A DNA stretch of 64,000 nucleotides from a virus. Its lineage: Duplodnaviria; Heunggongvirae; Uroviricota; Caudoviricetes. Both the position numbers and the translations under genes were made by a program. The stretch lies in IMG/VR virus record IMGVR_UViG_3300031414_000001, positions 112,437-176,436 of that record. One strand, given 5' to 3'. The notes under the pieces were generated by a model. It saw only the letters and a program-made list of their open reading frames with translations. It ran no database searches and had not been told where the DNA came from. Shown here one piece after another: positions 39,876 through 51,287 of the stretch; the first letter of the stretch is position 1, and each line of letters opens with the position of its first letter.

Positions 39876-40118
39876 TTATTCTCCTTGTGCTTCATCAGCA
39901 GAATCAACTTCAGCTTGTGCTTGACGAGCTTCTTGATCTGCTAGAATAGCAGCGGAGAAATCCTGGAATCGAGATACGATTGGTGCAACATCTGCGAGTT
40001 CTTTAACATTAAAGATACCACGCTCAATTGCTGCTTCCATGATTTTTGTAGCATTGATAATATCAATGAATTCTAGTTGTGGTCCAACTACGGTTTCTTC
40101 TTGAATTTGATTGCTCAT
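39876..40118 (-). CDS. Hypothetical protein
   Basis: ATG at 40118 with GGAG SD, downstream of the promoter at 40152-40181. Confidence 0.6.
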   Translation of the reverse strand: MSNQIQEETVVGPQLEFIDIINATKIMEAAIERGIFNVKELADVAPIVSRFQDFSAAILADQEARQAQAEVDSADEAQGE

Positions 40119-40151
40119 TATATACACTCCATGTATTTTTGAATTATCTAT

Positions 40152-40181
40152 ATTATACCACAAAAACGTGGTACGTTCCAA
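40152..40181 (-). promoter_or_regulatory. Sigma70-like early/middle promoter
   Basis: TTGGAA-18 nt-TATAAT with TGTGG extended -10. Confidence 0.75.
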
Positions 40182-40232
40182 ATATTTGTAAGGTCGCCAT
40201 CCTTGACGACCTTCTATTTAGTATTCTGCTTC

Positions 40233-41618
40233 TTACTGTTCGAGTTCGTAATGAACCGTCATGCCGAAAGGAGCTTCTACTTTAGGGTTTGAGTGGATTA
40301 CAAACAATGTATCGCAGTAGTTTGCATCACCCCATGAACCATATGGCTCACCATCCGTGAACATGACTAACTGTTTTGGACAGTAATCATCCTCTTTCAT
40401 ATAATCCCATACTTTAGTAAACAAAGTACCGCCACCACCATATACAGGATATTCAAGAATTTGTTGTTCTTGTCCAGTAGTGTAATCATGTACTTCATAA
40501 ATTTGAGTATCGAATGTCAAAACACGAATTTTGAATTGTGAGAATTGCTTTGTAATACCATATACTTCAGACAGGAAATCACGTAACCATTCAGAACGAA
40601 TACTACCAGATGCATCAAGTGCGATACAAATGTCAATATCTTCATCGGGTTTCATTCCAGGATAGATAGGCATACCAAAACCAATACCATTTGACCATGA
40701 ACGACGGTTTGGCATCATATAAGTTACGTCATTCTTAATAAGAGAACGTAAAGTACGGTTAAGTTTAGAACGCCAATCAATTTTAGGTTCTTTAAAGTCC
40801 TGAACCATAGCACGAATTTCTGGTGGAGCACCTTGTGCCATTGCTGCGTTAATCATTGCGTCTTTAAACGCATCCATGAATCCTTCCAATTCTTCTTGTG
40901 AGAAGTCAGGGAAATCATCATAATCACCACCCGAACCAGAACCATCTTGAGTATCAGTATCGTCAGAATCTGAATCAGATTGGTTATTACCTTGTTGCGG
41001 AATATTATGCTGGTCTAAAGTACCACCACCAGTTCCTTTACCACCTTGACCAGATTCTTCTTGTTCCTTACGTTCCATAAGGATATTGTAGATTTCTTCT
41101 GCTGCCATTTTATCAAAATCAGGTGAGAATAACCATGAATTACGAATTTCACCTAATGCTGGATCGCGTTTGATAATTTGGTTAATTGCGTAATCAGCAG
41201 CTTTGTTCCACATTTTAGCATCACGTGTGCCTTTACGCAAGAAGTGGTTATACGCACAGTGAAGAATTTCATGACACACTGCTGCGATTAAGTTTTGTTG
41301 GGTTAACCCATTAAGAGCATCATTTATCTGTTCAGCAGTAATATCATCAATACTTTCACGAAGCATTTCTTCATATTCTTGACGACGAACAGGGTCTTCG
41401 ATACCCATAATGAATTCTACGTTGTAATATAGATGCTTACCATCTACCGCTAATGTACGACACCAAGTGTTATTAGCTACTGGCTCTAACTGAGCAGCCA
41501 AAATACCAAAGAATGGACATGCCATAATCATAGTAGTACGTGCTACAATAAGTCTGTCGAAACATTCTTTTGCTTTTTGCTCCGATACTTCGTAACGGAC
41601 TCGTTTTTGTTTTGTCAT
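40233..41618 (-). CDS. HExxH metallopeptidase-like + vWA domain protein (DUF2201-like)
   Basis: TLAVDG, HEILH, WNKAADYAIN; MIDAS motif DASGS, GGGT and FTDG. Confidence 0.85.
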   Translation of the reverse strand: MTKQKRVRYEVSEQKAKECFDRLIVARTTMIMACPFFGILAAQLEPVANNTWCRTLAVDGKHLYYNVEFIMGIEDPVRRQEYEEMLRESIDDITAEQINDALNGLTQQNLIAAVCHEILHCAYNHFLRKGTRDAKMWNKAADYAINQIIKRDPALGEIRNSWLFSPDFDKMAAEEIYNILMERKEQEESGQGGKGTGGGTLDQHNIPQQGNNQSDSDSDDTDTQDGSGSGGDYDDFPDFSQEELEGFMDAFKDAMINAAMAQGAPPEIRAMVQDFKEPKIDWRSKLNRTLRSLIKNDVTYMMPNRRSWSNGIGFGMPIYPGMKPDEDIDICIALDASGSIRSEWLRDFLSEVYGITKQFSQFKIRVLTFDTQIYEVHDYTTGQEQQILEYPVYGGGGTLFTKVWDYMKEDDYCPKQLVMFTDGEPYGSWGDANYCDTLFVIHSNPKVEAPFGMTVHYELEQ

Positions 41619-41634
41619 AAAATCCTCAAATAAC

Positions 41635-41658
41635 AAAAGGGGCATAAGCCCCCTTTAT
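41635..41658 (-). terminator. Terminator-like hairpin between AAA and vWA genes
   Basis: aaaggggc-ttat-gcccctttt on minus strand. Confidence 0.7.
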
Positions 41659-41662
41659 TGTA

Positions 41663-42997
41663 TTACTTCAGTGTACGTGCTTTACGCAGCAGTGGACCAT
41701 ATTCAGTAACGAATGGTTTAAATGCTGGAACTTCTTTATACGTAATGTTTACGTCAGCATCAGTAATAGCACGAATCGCGTGTACGATAAGTTCTTTCTG
41801 AGTATCAGAGAATTGTGAATCCAGGAAGGTTACAAAACTAGTACAGTACAAGCACCAGTCATCAAGTGATAGTGTACCATTCTGTTTGTATTCGAAGAAT
41901 TCAATGATTTTCTGAGTAAGGCTCAGAGTGATGAAGTAGTTTTTAGAAATTTCTTTCTTGTGTTCACCGAAATCAGTTACAACACCAGTAAGAATATCCA
42001 TTACATCTGGCAGGTCAGCCATGTTTTTGATGTAAGTTGTGTATTCAATACCAGCAGTACTACCAACACGACCAGCAACCATTGCTTTATATACTGGATC
42101 AGAAATACCTTTACTTCCACGAACGTTTTCAATGTCAGATACACGAGTCCATGAACGTGGGGATGAACCACCACTATGACTTGTATCTTTTGGACTTAGG
42201 GTATTGAAGTGTTTTTCACCAGTCTGGTGAATAAACGCGATAGTACCTGGATTCAGACGTTTTGGAATTGCGAAGTTATTCAGCCAATCATTATAGTCTG
42301 GAATCATTTCTACGTGAGTCATACGGTCACGCAGTGGAGTTGCTAGTGAGAAGGTTACTCCACCATCAGTTTCACGGTTCCCTGCTGCCAGAATCAAGCA
42401 ACTTTCAGGAAGAACAAGTTCACCAACACGGCGATCAAGAATCAACTGATAAGATGCTGCCTGTACAATTGGCATTGCGGAGTTAATTTCATCAAAGATG
42501 ATAACACCTTGCCAATCTTTAGGAAGTTGAAGGATTTTAGGAGCAGCCCAAACAACACCAGTTTCTTCAGTGTATCCAGGATGATCAGCCAGTTCATGTT
42601 CCAGTACTACTTTACCAGCACGGTTCAGATAGTACTTAACAGGAATTGGAATACCACGAAGATCAGATGGTTCAACCTGTGAAAGACGGAAATCAATAAA
42701 GTTTTCATCTTGATCCAGCAGAGATTCTTCAAAGGCACGATAATCAGCCATTGTAACCATTTCATCATCTGGATCTTCGGCACGTTGTAGCATATATGCT
42801 AAACGGTTAATATTGTTTTTACGCAGTGGATATTGTTCATTTGCGTATTGAAGGGCAATTGCGGATTTACCAATGCCCGGAGAACCCCAAATCATCAAAC
42901 TATCACGGCATAAATCTGCCACAATCATTGCTTCCATAATTTGAGAAGGTTTTAAATCATATTTCAGGGCGTTTTCAGGTGCTACAGCGTTACTCAT
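41663..42997 (-). CDS. MoxR-like AAA+ ATPase
   Basis: WGSPGIGKS, DLRGIP, IIFDEIN, LAAGNR, PLRDR, SPRSW. Confidence 0.9.
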   Translation of the reverse strand: MSNAVAPENALKYDLKPSQIMEAMIVADLCRDSLMIWGSPGIGKSAIALQYANEQYPLRKNNINRLAYMLQRAEDPDDEMVTMADYRAFEESLLDQDENFIDFRLSQVEPSDLRGIPIPVKYYLNRAGKVVLEHELADHPGYTEETGVVWAAPKILQLPKDWQGVIIFDEINSAMPIVQAASYQLILDRRVGELVLPESCLILAAGNRETDGGVTFSLATPLRDRMTHVEMIPDYNDWLNNFAIPKRLNPGTIAFIHQTGEKHFNTLSPKDTSHSGGSSPRSWTRVSDIENVRGSKGISDPVYKAMVAGRVGSTAGIEYTTYIKNMADLPDVMDILTGVVTDFGEHKKEISKNYFITLSLTQKIIEFFEYKQNGTLSLDDWCLYCTSFVTFLDSQFSDTQKELIVHAIRAITDADVNITYKEVPAFKPFVTEYGPLLRKARTLK

Positions 42998-43053
42998 ACT
43001 TATTTCTTCTACCATTTTGTTATGTTGAACTACATTAACCAAATCCGTTTGGC

Positions 43054-43088
43054 AAAAAAGAAAGCACTGAGTTTAGTCAGTGCTTTCA
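43054..43088 (-). terminator. Intrinsic terminator
   Basis: gaaagcactga-ctaaac-tcagtgctttc followed by T-tract on minus strand. Confidence 0.75.
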
Positions 43089-43115
43089 AGCTTCCATTGT
43101 TATCTTAACAATTCC

Positions 43116-43145
43116 ATTATACCACAAATTTACTTTCCGTTTCAC
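43116..43145 (-). promoter_or_regulatory. Sigma70-like early/middle promoter
   Basis: GTGAAA-18 nt-TATAAT with TGTGG extended -10. Confidence 0.65.
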
Positions 43146-43516
43146 AAAAATGCGGCAAACAACTTAGAAAAATCATCTCTACAAAATGTGAGTTGTGCTA
43201 TCACTAAGTCATCTGATAAGTACAAAGTATCTCCGACTATATAGTACGGAGTGGTGCAAATACGGTCTAAAGATGTGTAAACGTTCGAATTACGATCCTG
43301 CTTCTTAAGCGGAATAGCAAGGAACTCATATAAGGAATTGTCTTCGCATATCTGAAACCCTAACTTACTCAACCGCAAGCCACCACCAGTTCTGTAATTA
43401 TCAAAAATGGATAACAGTATCATTCTATCATTGAGTTCAGAATCGAATTCATAAACTTCTTTAATAGCATTTAATACACCATATTGAATTTCAGTACTGT
43501 TGGTTCTTGGGACCAT
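43142..43516 (-). CDS. Hypothetical protein
   Basis: ORF in operon; 'GGLRLSKLG...LDRICTTPYY'. Confidence 0.55.
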   Translation of the reverse strand: MVPRTNSTEIQYGVLNAIKEVYEFDSELNDRMILLSIFDNYRTGGGLRLSKLGFQICEDNSLYEFLAIPLKKQDRNSNVYTSLDRICTTPYYIVGDTLYLSDDLVIAQLTFCRDDFSKLFAAFL

Positions 43517-43518
43517 GA

Positions 43519-43926
43519 TTAGATTCCCACAAAACCTTTCTTCTCAGGATATGAAGAACCTTGTGGATTCTCATAATTCTGAGTGCCATTAGCATCAAAG
43601 GATGGTCCCATACCTTCAGCACCATGATCTTCTTCAAGTTCATCTTCACCAACATCTGATTCGAAATCATCAGAGTAATCATCTTCTGATACATCATCAG
43701 AACCAGTTAGTTCTTTAAGAGAATCAGAAATAGTTTTTAAGTCAGATGTTAGGGATGCTAAATCTTCGATTGAACCATCTGCTACTTTACCAGATAGTTC
43801 ACGTAGGGAACCTACGATTTCTTTTAATAGTTCAGGAGCAGATTGCTCAGTTTCTTGTTCAAACGAATCTTCGTCTGCTTCATAAATGTCATCAATAGAT
43901 TCCATTAAAATTTTCATGCTACTCAT
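43519..43926 (-). CDS. Acidic putative head core/internal protein
   Basis: D/E-rich; several [LIV]xE motifs. Confidence 0.45.
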   Translation of the reverse strand: MSSMKILMESIDDIYEADEDSFEQETEQSAPELLKEIVGSLRELSGKVADGSIEDLASLTSDLKTISDSLKELTGSDDVSEDDYSDDFESDVGEDELEEDHGAEGMGPSFDANGTQNYENPQGSSYPEKKGFVGI

Positions 43927-44891
43927 TATAGACCTTCCATAAATTTCTTGTACTTGTTATTAATTGATTCGAAAATGTCCTCAACGGATTCATCATCTTC
44001 TTCACTTTCATGTACAAGTGGATTGTCACCTAATGCTGTTCCAGGTTGTTTACCTTTATACGCATGTCGAGAATGTTGAATACCTTCGTCATCATAGAAT
44101 TCTGGATTTGGTTCAGTGGTAGCATCTTCTTGCATAGTTCTACGCCAGTAGAAAGCATTACCTTTAGGAACAACGATAAAGTTATCACCTTCAAAACCAT
44201 TTGTTTGACGTTGACCATCAATTACACATTCATGTTCTGAACGGAATGGACCGAATTCTTTTTGAGAATCGGAAGCAATTGAATCTTCGTCTAGTGATAG
44301 ATCTGGTAGGAGACTTTCAGAAACAGAATCATCAGCATCTTCTTCAGCAGCATCACTGCTATCAGCGTCTACATCATCTGCTTCATCATCATCAACACTT
44401 TCGTGGATACCTGCGAGGGAGGACATACGACCCATATCAAAATCATCATCACCAGTATAGCCATCATCCATTTCTGGAGATCCCATTTCTGGTTCATCAA
44501 GTCCTAGACCTGGTTCTTCTGGAGCGTCCATAGCACCCATAGAGTCTACACCATCAGCCATGCCACCGTCAAGCGAATCATCGCCGAAATCTGTCACAGA
44601 GCCAGCCAAATCACTGACTGCTGAGCCTAGAGCATCTTCCCCAGCACCTGACATATCATCAGCACTTGGAGCCATATCTGGACTCATAATAGGTTGAGTT
44701 TCAGTTTCCCCGCCCATACTATCTAAATCTAGTGGAGCAATAGCAGGAATCGAAGTCATTCCACCCAATTGAGAAGAACCACGTTCTGCTTGCCCTGCTA
44801 GAGCAAGCATACGAGATAGAGTATCAAGATCGCTAGATTCTAAACCTTGAACATCTATACGAACGGATGCCTCATTAATTTGTTTTTTCAT
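43926..44891 (-). CDS. Acidic low-complexity putative head core/scaffold protein
   Basis: D/E/M/G-rich; INE, IHE, VSE, VHE and IFE motifs. Confidence 0.45.
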   Translation of the reverse strand: MKKQINEASVRIDVQGLESSDLDTLSRMLALAGQAERGSSQLGGMTSIPAIAPLDLDSMGGETETQPIMSPDMAPSADDMSGAGEDALGSAVSDLAGSVTDFGDDSLDGGMADGVDSMGAMDAPEEPGLGLDEPEMGSPEMDDGYTGDDDFDMGRMSSLAGIHESVDDDEADDVDADSSDAAEEDADDSVSESLLPDLSLDEDSIASDSQKEFGPFRSEHECVIDGQRQTNGFEGDNFIVVPKGNAFYWRRTMQEDATTEPNPEFYDDEGIQHSRHAYKGKQPGTALGDNPLVHESEEDDESVEDIFESINNKYKKFMEGL

Positions 44892-44913
44892 AAGAACTAA
44901 TTCCTTTTATTAA

Positions 44914-46338
44914 TTAATCTTCATTATTTAATGATTTTAGAATCTCTGCTGCTTCCTTTTGTTTTCCAGAAAGAAGAATATCAGCAGCTAGTAGCGATAA
45001 GTCATCACCACGACTTAAAAGTACTACAATTTTACGTGCCATCGGATTAGATTTAATCTCATTAGCAAGTCCTTGTAGTGGATCATCACTATTAGTACTT
45101 TCATCACCAGCATTAGAACCCTGTTCAGGTGGAGTACCAGAACCATTAGAACTATCAGTACTTGAATCTTGTGGAGAACCCTGAGAATCTTGTGGTTGTC
45201 CTTCTGGAGAACTTTCATCACCAGATGGTTTCTGAGATAGATTAGCTAGTACTTTTTGTGCTGTATCTGGTGGAAGTAGTTTTCCATTATCAGAAATGAA
45301 ACGATTACCACCAACATAACGGTAAGTAATGCCTTTCTTGGATTTAAATTCTTGACCAATTTTCACTGGAGAAGAAGAATTAAATTTACCAATTTCTGAT
45401 TGAGCAGCACGTTCCAACATAGGAACAGATGAACTATTAACAGGTTTTTTAGTCGCTGAGTTAAACCATTGACCATTTTTCTTGTAATAGTTATTACCTT
45501 TTTTGGATTTATATACATATCCATTAGGAACATCAGATGATGAAGTATCTTGAGCCGGAGCACCCTGAGAATCAGGATTTTCTGCTGGAGTTTCGTCTTG
45601 TGCTTGTTCTTGGTCTGGTTGACCTTCTTCAGAACCAGCATCAGTACTTTGATTAGCTTTTTCTTCTTTTGCTTTACGTTCTAGTCGATCAGTAAATTCA
45701 CTTGAAGTTCTACGACCTTCATCTGTTACAAAAGCATCACCAACATAAGTTAATGTTTTTCCATTATGTTCAATTTGAGTACCAATCGGCATTGCTGCTT
45801 TTGGATCGGTATTGTGTTGATTGATAATATCCAACGCATCATTGGTAATTTCTGAGCTTAGTTTTGGATTATGAACAGCTTGTTGATGTTCACTATCCCT
45901 GTTAATCCACCAACCATCTTTATAATAGTATCTGTCATTATTTCTTCCATAATGAGTTTGAAAGAAGTTAGGGATTTGATCATTTTTCTGACCAGGTTTA
46001 TGTTGTTCTTCATCTGCTTCAACTAAACGCTGAATTTTGGAATTCATACTTTCAGAAAGTAGATTACCTTGTAGTGAGAAGTTATTACGTCCAACATAGG
46101 TGTATTCGGATTCGTTTATAACATATCGCTTGCCAATTTGCAAGGAATTTTGTTCATTATGTTCTGCGATTTGACGAATCGCAGACTGATTCATTTTAAA
46201 GTTATGAGTACTTTGAACAGTATTCATTGTTTCACAATTAACCCATGAACCTTCAAGGTACATATATTCTGTACCTTTATTAGATGTATATACGTAGTTA
46301 TTTGGAATCGAATTGTTACTCGCTAGAGATTTAAACAT
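44914..46338 (-). CDS. Protein with three ~85-aa repeated domains
   Basis: Three 'PN.Y.....G..Y....G.W.N ... IG ... YVG..F' units. Confidence 0.6.
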   Translation of the reverse strand: MFKSLASNNSIPNNYVYTSNKGTEYMYLEGSWVNCETMNTVQSTHNFKMNQSAIRQIAEHNEQNSLQIGKRYVINESEYTYVGRNNFSLQGNLLSESMNSKIQRLVEADEEQHKPGQKNDQIPNFFQTHYGRNNDRYYYKDGWWINRDSEHQQAVHNPKLSSEITNDALDIINQHNTDPKAAMPIGTQIEHNGKTLTYVGDAFVTDEGRRTSSEFTDRLERKAKEEKANQSTDAGSEEGQPDQEQAQDETPAENPDSQGAPAQDTSSSDVPNGYVYKSKKGNNYYKKNGQWFNSATKKPVNSSSVPMLERAAQSEIGKFNSSSPVKIGQEFKSKKGITYRYVGGNRFISDNGKLLPPDTAQKVLANLSQKPSGDESSPEGQPQDSQGSPQDSSTDSSNGSGTPPEQGSNAGDESTNSDDPLQGLANEIKSNPMARKIVVLLSRGDDLSLLAADILLSGKQKEAAEILKSLNNED

Positions 46339-46350
46339 ATTCTTCTCCTA

Positions 46351-46926
46351 TTAAGAAATTAGTCTTAGTAGCTTAGCTCGATCAGCAGGAGATAATGAAG
46401 AAAGACGATCTGAAACGCTAGATCCTGAATTTCCACCTTGTCCTTGACTTGGTTGTGGATTATTTTGTCCTTGACCTTGTGGCTGTCCCTGGCCTTGTTG
46501 ACCTTGAGATTGGTCAGTACTGCCTTGGGATTGTTGCTGATCTTGAGCATCATTGCCGTAGTCAGTATTTAGCTTCTGAACTGCTTTCATTAATGCCGCA
46601 CCAACATCTTTAGGAACGAATGAACGACGTTCATTATCACCTAAGAAAGAGGTATCAAGTTTATTACCTTTAAAAAATGCTGCTACATCTGCGTATGGAA
46701 CTGCTTGTGGATGTGAACCGTACTTACGTCCAATATAACGCTTGAAGTCACTCCATAGTTGGTTTGCCATTTGTCCAGTTTCTTGAGCACCTTGCTCAAC
46801 TTGTCCTGAACCAAAGAAACCTTTTACTTTGCCTTTTGCCGAGTCAACCGCTGATTGTGTACGACTATAAGGACGTTCGTTTAATGGTTCTGGTTGACCA
46901 TCAAACATTTCTTCTAAAAGACTCAT
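46351..46926 (-). CDS. Hypothetical protein with Q/G-rich tail
   Basis: ORF in operon. Confidence 0.55.
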   Translation of the reverse strand: MSLLEEMFDGQPEPLNERPYSRTQSAVDSAKGKVKGFFGSGQVEQGAQETGQMANQLWSDFKRYIGRKYGSHPQAVPYADVAAFFKGNKLDTSFLGDNERRSFVPKDVGAALMKAVQKLNTDYGNDAQDQQQSQGSTDQSQGQQGQGQPQGQGQNNPQPSQGQGGNSGSSVSDRLSSLSPADRAKLLRLIS

Positions 46927-46928
46927 AA

Positions 46929-47468
46929 TTACCCCTTCTTACCGAAGCCAGCAGACATATACTCTGCGTATGATTTATTCTTAGTACTGTCAATTGCATC
47001 TTTTACTGCTTTATCAGCACGACCTTGACCGCCGATTTCCTCAGCATTTACTTCAGGAACTTCTTTGTATTCAGGGTCTAAAAGACGTGGTTCGTATTCA
47101 TCAAATTGAATATCATCTTCACAATCAGCAATTTCTTCCTGATATGGTTCTAGATTGTTACGAACATGAATTAGTGCTTCTGACCAACTCAATAGACTGC
47201 CGATTTCAAATAGTAAGATTTGAGGTTGTACACCACGCTTACATTTAAAATCAAACATCCAAATTTCACCACAATCTAGATTATAGAAATCTGTTGGGCG
47301 ATCTTGGAAGATTGTTTTCTTCATTGGACCAACTTCAAAAGCATCATAACGGTCAGTAAGTCGAGTAACAACTTTATGCAATTCTTCGGAGCTTGGCTCA
47401 CACGCAAATTTTACACGGTATGAATATTCTGGAGTAAGATCTGTTAAAATTTTCTGTAATTTATTCAT
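46929..47468 (-). CDS. Hypothetical protein
   Basis: ORF with GGAG SD. Confidence 0.55.
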   Translation of the reverse strand: MNKLQKILTDLTPEYSYRVKFACEPSSEELHKVVTRLTDRYDAFEVGPMKKTIFQDRPTDFYNLDCGEIWMFDFKCKRGVQPQILLFEIGSLLSWSEALIHVRNNLEPYQEEIADCEDDIQFDEYEPRLLDPEYKEVPEVNAEEIGGQGRADKAVKDAIDSTKNKSYAEYMSAGFGKKG

Positions 47469-47495
47469 GTTAACTCCGAGTCACAGTATTTTATT

Positions 47496-48065
47496 TTATT
47501 TATTCTTATTCATAGCAGCAAGCATCTCATTTCGAGACTTCACGGCTACTACCTTCTCACCTTCAATAGCATTAGGATCTGAATTGTCACCTAGAGCTTG
47601 TTGATTTTTAGGTTTCTGATTAAGTTCGATTTCCATCTTATCTTTCTTGATCTGCATGTCAATCAACTTAATGTCGGAGTCAATAACTTTAGCATGAGCA
47701 TCTAAAGCAATTTTAAGCATAGCATTGGCAGCATTAATCATTTCTGCTGCGAATCTATCTTCACAATTAAAAGCACGGTCGAAAATATCTTCAAATTTAT
47801 CTTCTGCCATTTTTGCTAATCTATCTAAATGAGATTTACGATTAGTAATGTCTGGAATATCCTTTAGTTGCTCACGATATTCTTTAAGTTGACTCATTGA
47901 ACGACGAGCATTTTCAATTTCAGGACGACCCAATAGTTCAGTACTATCATCTTCGTCTTCATCATTGTAAAAATCATCTTCATTATAGTCATCGCCAAGT
48001 AGCTTTTTCAATTCATCAGTACTTGGCAGTCCTAATGCTTCTTCTACACCACGTTTAGCTTTCAT
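47496..48065 (-). CDS. Helical protein, possibly terminase small subunit-like
   Basis: Helical core plus C-terminal 'VVAVKSRNEML', loosely gp16-like; weak. Confidence 0.3.
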   Translation of the reverse strand: MKAKRGVEEALGLPSTDELKKLLGDDYNEDDFYNDEDEDDSTELLGRPEIENARRSMSQLKEYREQLKDIPDITNRKSHLDRLAKMAEDKFEDIFDRAFNCEDRFAAEMINAANAMLKIALDAHAKVIDSDIKLIDMQIKKDKMEIELNQKPKNQQALGDNSDPNAIEGEKVVAVKSRNEMLAAMNKNK

Positions 48066-48066
48066 A

Positions 48067-49622
<1,556 letters not shown>

Positions 49623-49632
49623 TTAGTACCCC

Positions 49633-50406
49633 TTAAATTTGTGTGCTACCAAAGATTCTATCAATAATATCCAAAGTACTGTTAACGTCATCTGGAAGAA
49701 GTGAACTAATCTTATCAGAATACATTTCTTCGATCATATCGTATTGTACACAGTTGTCTGGTTTAATAGTTAACTTAATAGTAATAAATTGAGAAGAACC
49801 ATAATCCAATGAATCCCACTCAAGATCGGTAATAATACAACCATAGCAAACCCAACGGTCTATAGTACTAATAGCATTATAACCATTACCACCAACAAAA
49901 TCGTCAATAGCATTAACTAGGCCAGCATTATTAGTAATTGCGGTTGCGGAATCTACAGCAGTATCGCGAATTAGATTATTGATTGAATCATCGGGGTTCG
50001 CACCACCAGTAGTTTCAATCATCATACGGAATTTGTATCCAGCATATTGTTGTTCTGATTTAGCAGAAATACGACGCTGAAAATCGAGTTGTTTTTGAAG
50101 TTGACGAATGATAGATTTAGCTACTTTGTTGTCAACAGCATCACGAATTGTTAGTGTAATTGGTTTCCAATCCCAACGCCCCAAATATGAGGTATTAGTA
50201 CCGAACATTTTTAGTTGGTGTGTTTCAAAAGAAATACTAGGACGGTCAACGTTATTAACTTCTAATGCTACATGATCTTTTTCATCTACATCAGTACCGA
50301 AGTTGTATACAACTACACGGAATTTATGTTTAACTTTTGGTTGACTCATAGTTTTGTTTCGACCACTTGGTAGAGGAACACCATACTTATCCATCATTGT
50401 TGCCAT
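49633..50406 (-). CDS. Tail tube protein paralogue (gp19-like)
   Basis: 'QPKVKHKFRV...RPSISFE...WKPITLTIRD...GCIIT...LDY'; paralogous to the next gene. Confidence 0.8.
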   Translation of the reverse strand: MATMMDKYGVPLPSGRNKTMSQPKVKHKFRVVVYNFGTDVDEKDHVALEVNNVDRPSISFETHQLKMFGTNTSYLGRWDWKPITLTIRDAVDNKVAKSIIRQLQKQLDFQRRISAKSEQQYAGYKFRMMIETTGGANPDDSINNLIRDTAVDSATAITNNAGLVNAIDDFVGGNGYNAISTIDRWVCYGCIITDLEWDSLDYGSSQFITIKLTIKPDNCVQYDMIEEMYSDKISSLLPDDVNSTLDIIDRIFGSTQI

Positions 50407-50452
50407 TTATATTTTCCCCTATTTAATATGGAATGTATATTATATTTAGCAA

Positions 50453-50480
50453 TAAAAAAGCCCTGAACAAGTCCAGGGCA
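50453..50480 (-). terminator. Intrinsic terminator
   Basis: gccctggac-tt-gttcagggc followed by T-tract on minus strand. Confidence 0.75.
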
Positions 50481-50486
50481 TAAGTA

Positions 50487-51176
50487 TTATTGTCCTTCGT
50501 AGAAGTTAGAATCTGATAATGTATCAGAACTAATTGAAGTTTGACCGTTAGTAATAGATACTGCGTTTTCAGGAGTACCAGTACCAGCGACTTCATCACC
50601 AAGAGCTTGACCTTCAGGTCCAACTAGTACACATCCATCAGGTTGTACAGTCATGGTAATTACTTGGGCTTCTGAACTTGAATAATCCCAATCACCGAAA
50701 TTAGAATCGGTAATGAAACATCCTTGACAGATCCAAGTATGTAGTGTGCCTTCATAAAGGTTTGTTAGGTTGTCGGAGTTAGAACCATCTAGTGCTTGAA
50801 TCCACATTTCGAACTTATACTGAGAAGCAGTAGTACGAGACTCTTGAGAGTAGTAGTTAAATTCTTTACGCATTTGGTTCCAGAGTGCTTTTAGAGACAT
50901 GTTTCCTACTGAGTCGCGGAAAGCAACTTCAATAGTATTCCATTTATATTTCCCTTTAAAGAACGCCGAACTGTTGTAACTATGAACCTGAATTGGTTCA
51001 TGTTCAACATGTGGAGTACCAACAGTGTTAGTATCCAAAGTAATATAGGTTCCGTCCTCAGTATTACCGAATCCGAAGAATACTACACGGAAACGATATT
51101 TAGGCTTCGGTTGTTTCATTGGGGCACGACTGCCACCAGTGATAGGAACGCCATATTTATCCAGTAAATTTGCCAT
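50487..51176 (-). CDS. Tail tube protein (gp19-like)
   Basis: 'QPKPKYRFRV...GKYKWNTIEVAFRD...GCFIT...FGDWDYS'; follows sheath gene; TATAAATA at 51215-51222. Confidence 0.85.
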   Translation of the reverse strand: MANLLDKYGVPITGGSRAPMKQPKPKYRFRVVFFGFGNTEDGTYITLDTNTVGTPHVEHEPIQVHSYNSSAFFKGKYKWNTIEVAFRDSVGNMSLKALWNQMRKEFNYYSQESRTTASQYKFEMWIQALDGSNSDNLTNLYEGTLHTWICQGCFITDSNFGDWDYSSSEAQVITMTVQPDGCVLVGPEGQALGDEVAGTGTPENAVSITNGQTSISSDTLSDSNFYEGQ

Positions 51177-51214
51177 TATTAATCTCCCAATAATTTAAGG
51201 AATAATCTTTAATG

Positions 51215-51222
51215 TATTTATA
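51215..51222 (-). promoter_or_regulatory. T4-like late promoter (TATAAATA)
   Basis: Exact T4 late consensus upstream of the tube gene. Confidence 0.75.
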
Positions 51223-51253
51223 AACTTTATGGATCTAAGGAGTACTACAAAAT

Positions 51254-51279
51254 AAAAAGGGAGCCTTTAGGCTCCCTTA
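51254..51279 (-). terminator. Intrinsic terminator after sheath gene
   Basis: aagggagcct-aa-aggctccctttt on minus strand. Confidence 0.8.
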
Positions 51280-51287
51280 GTGTTTAA

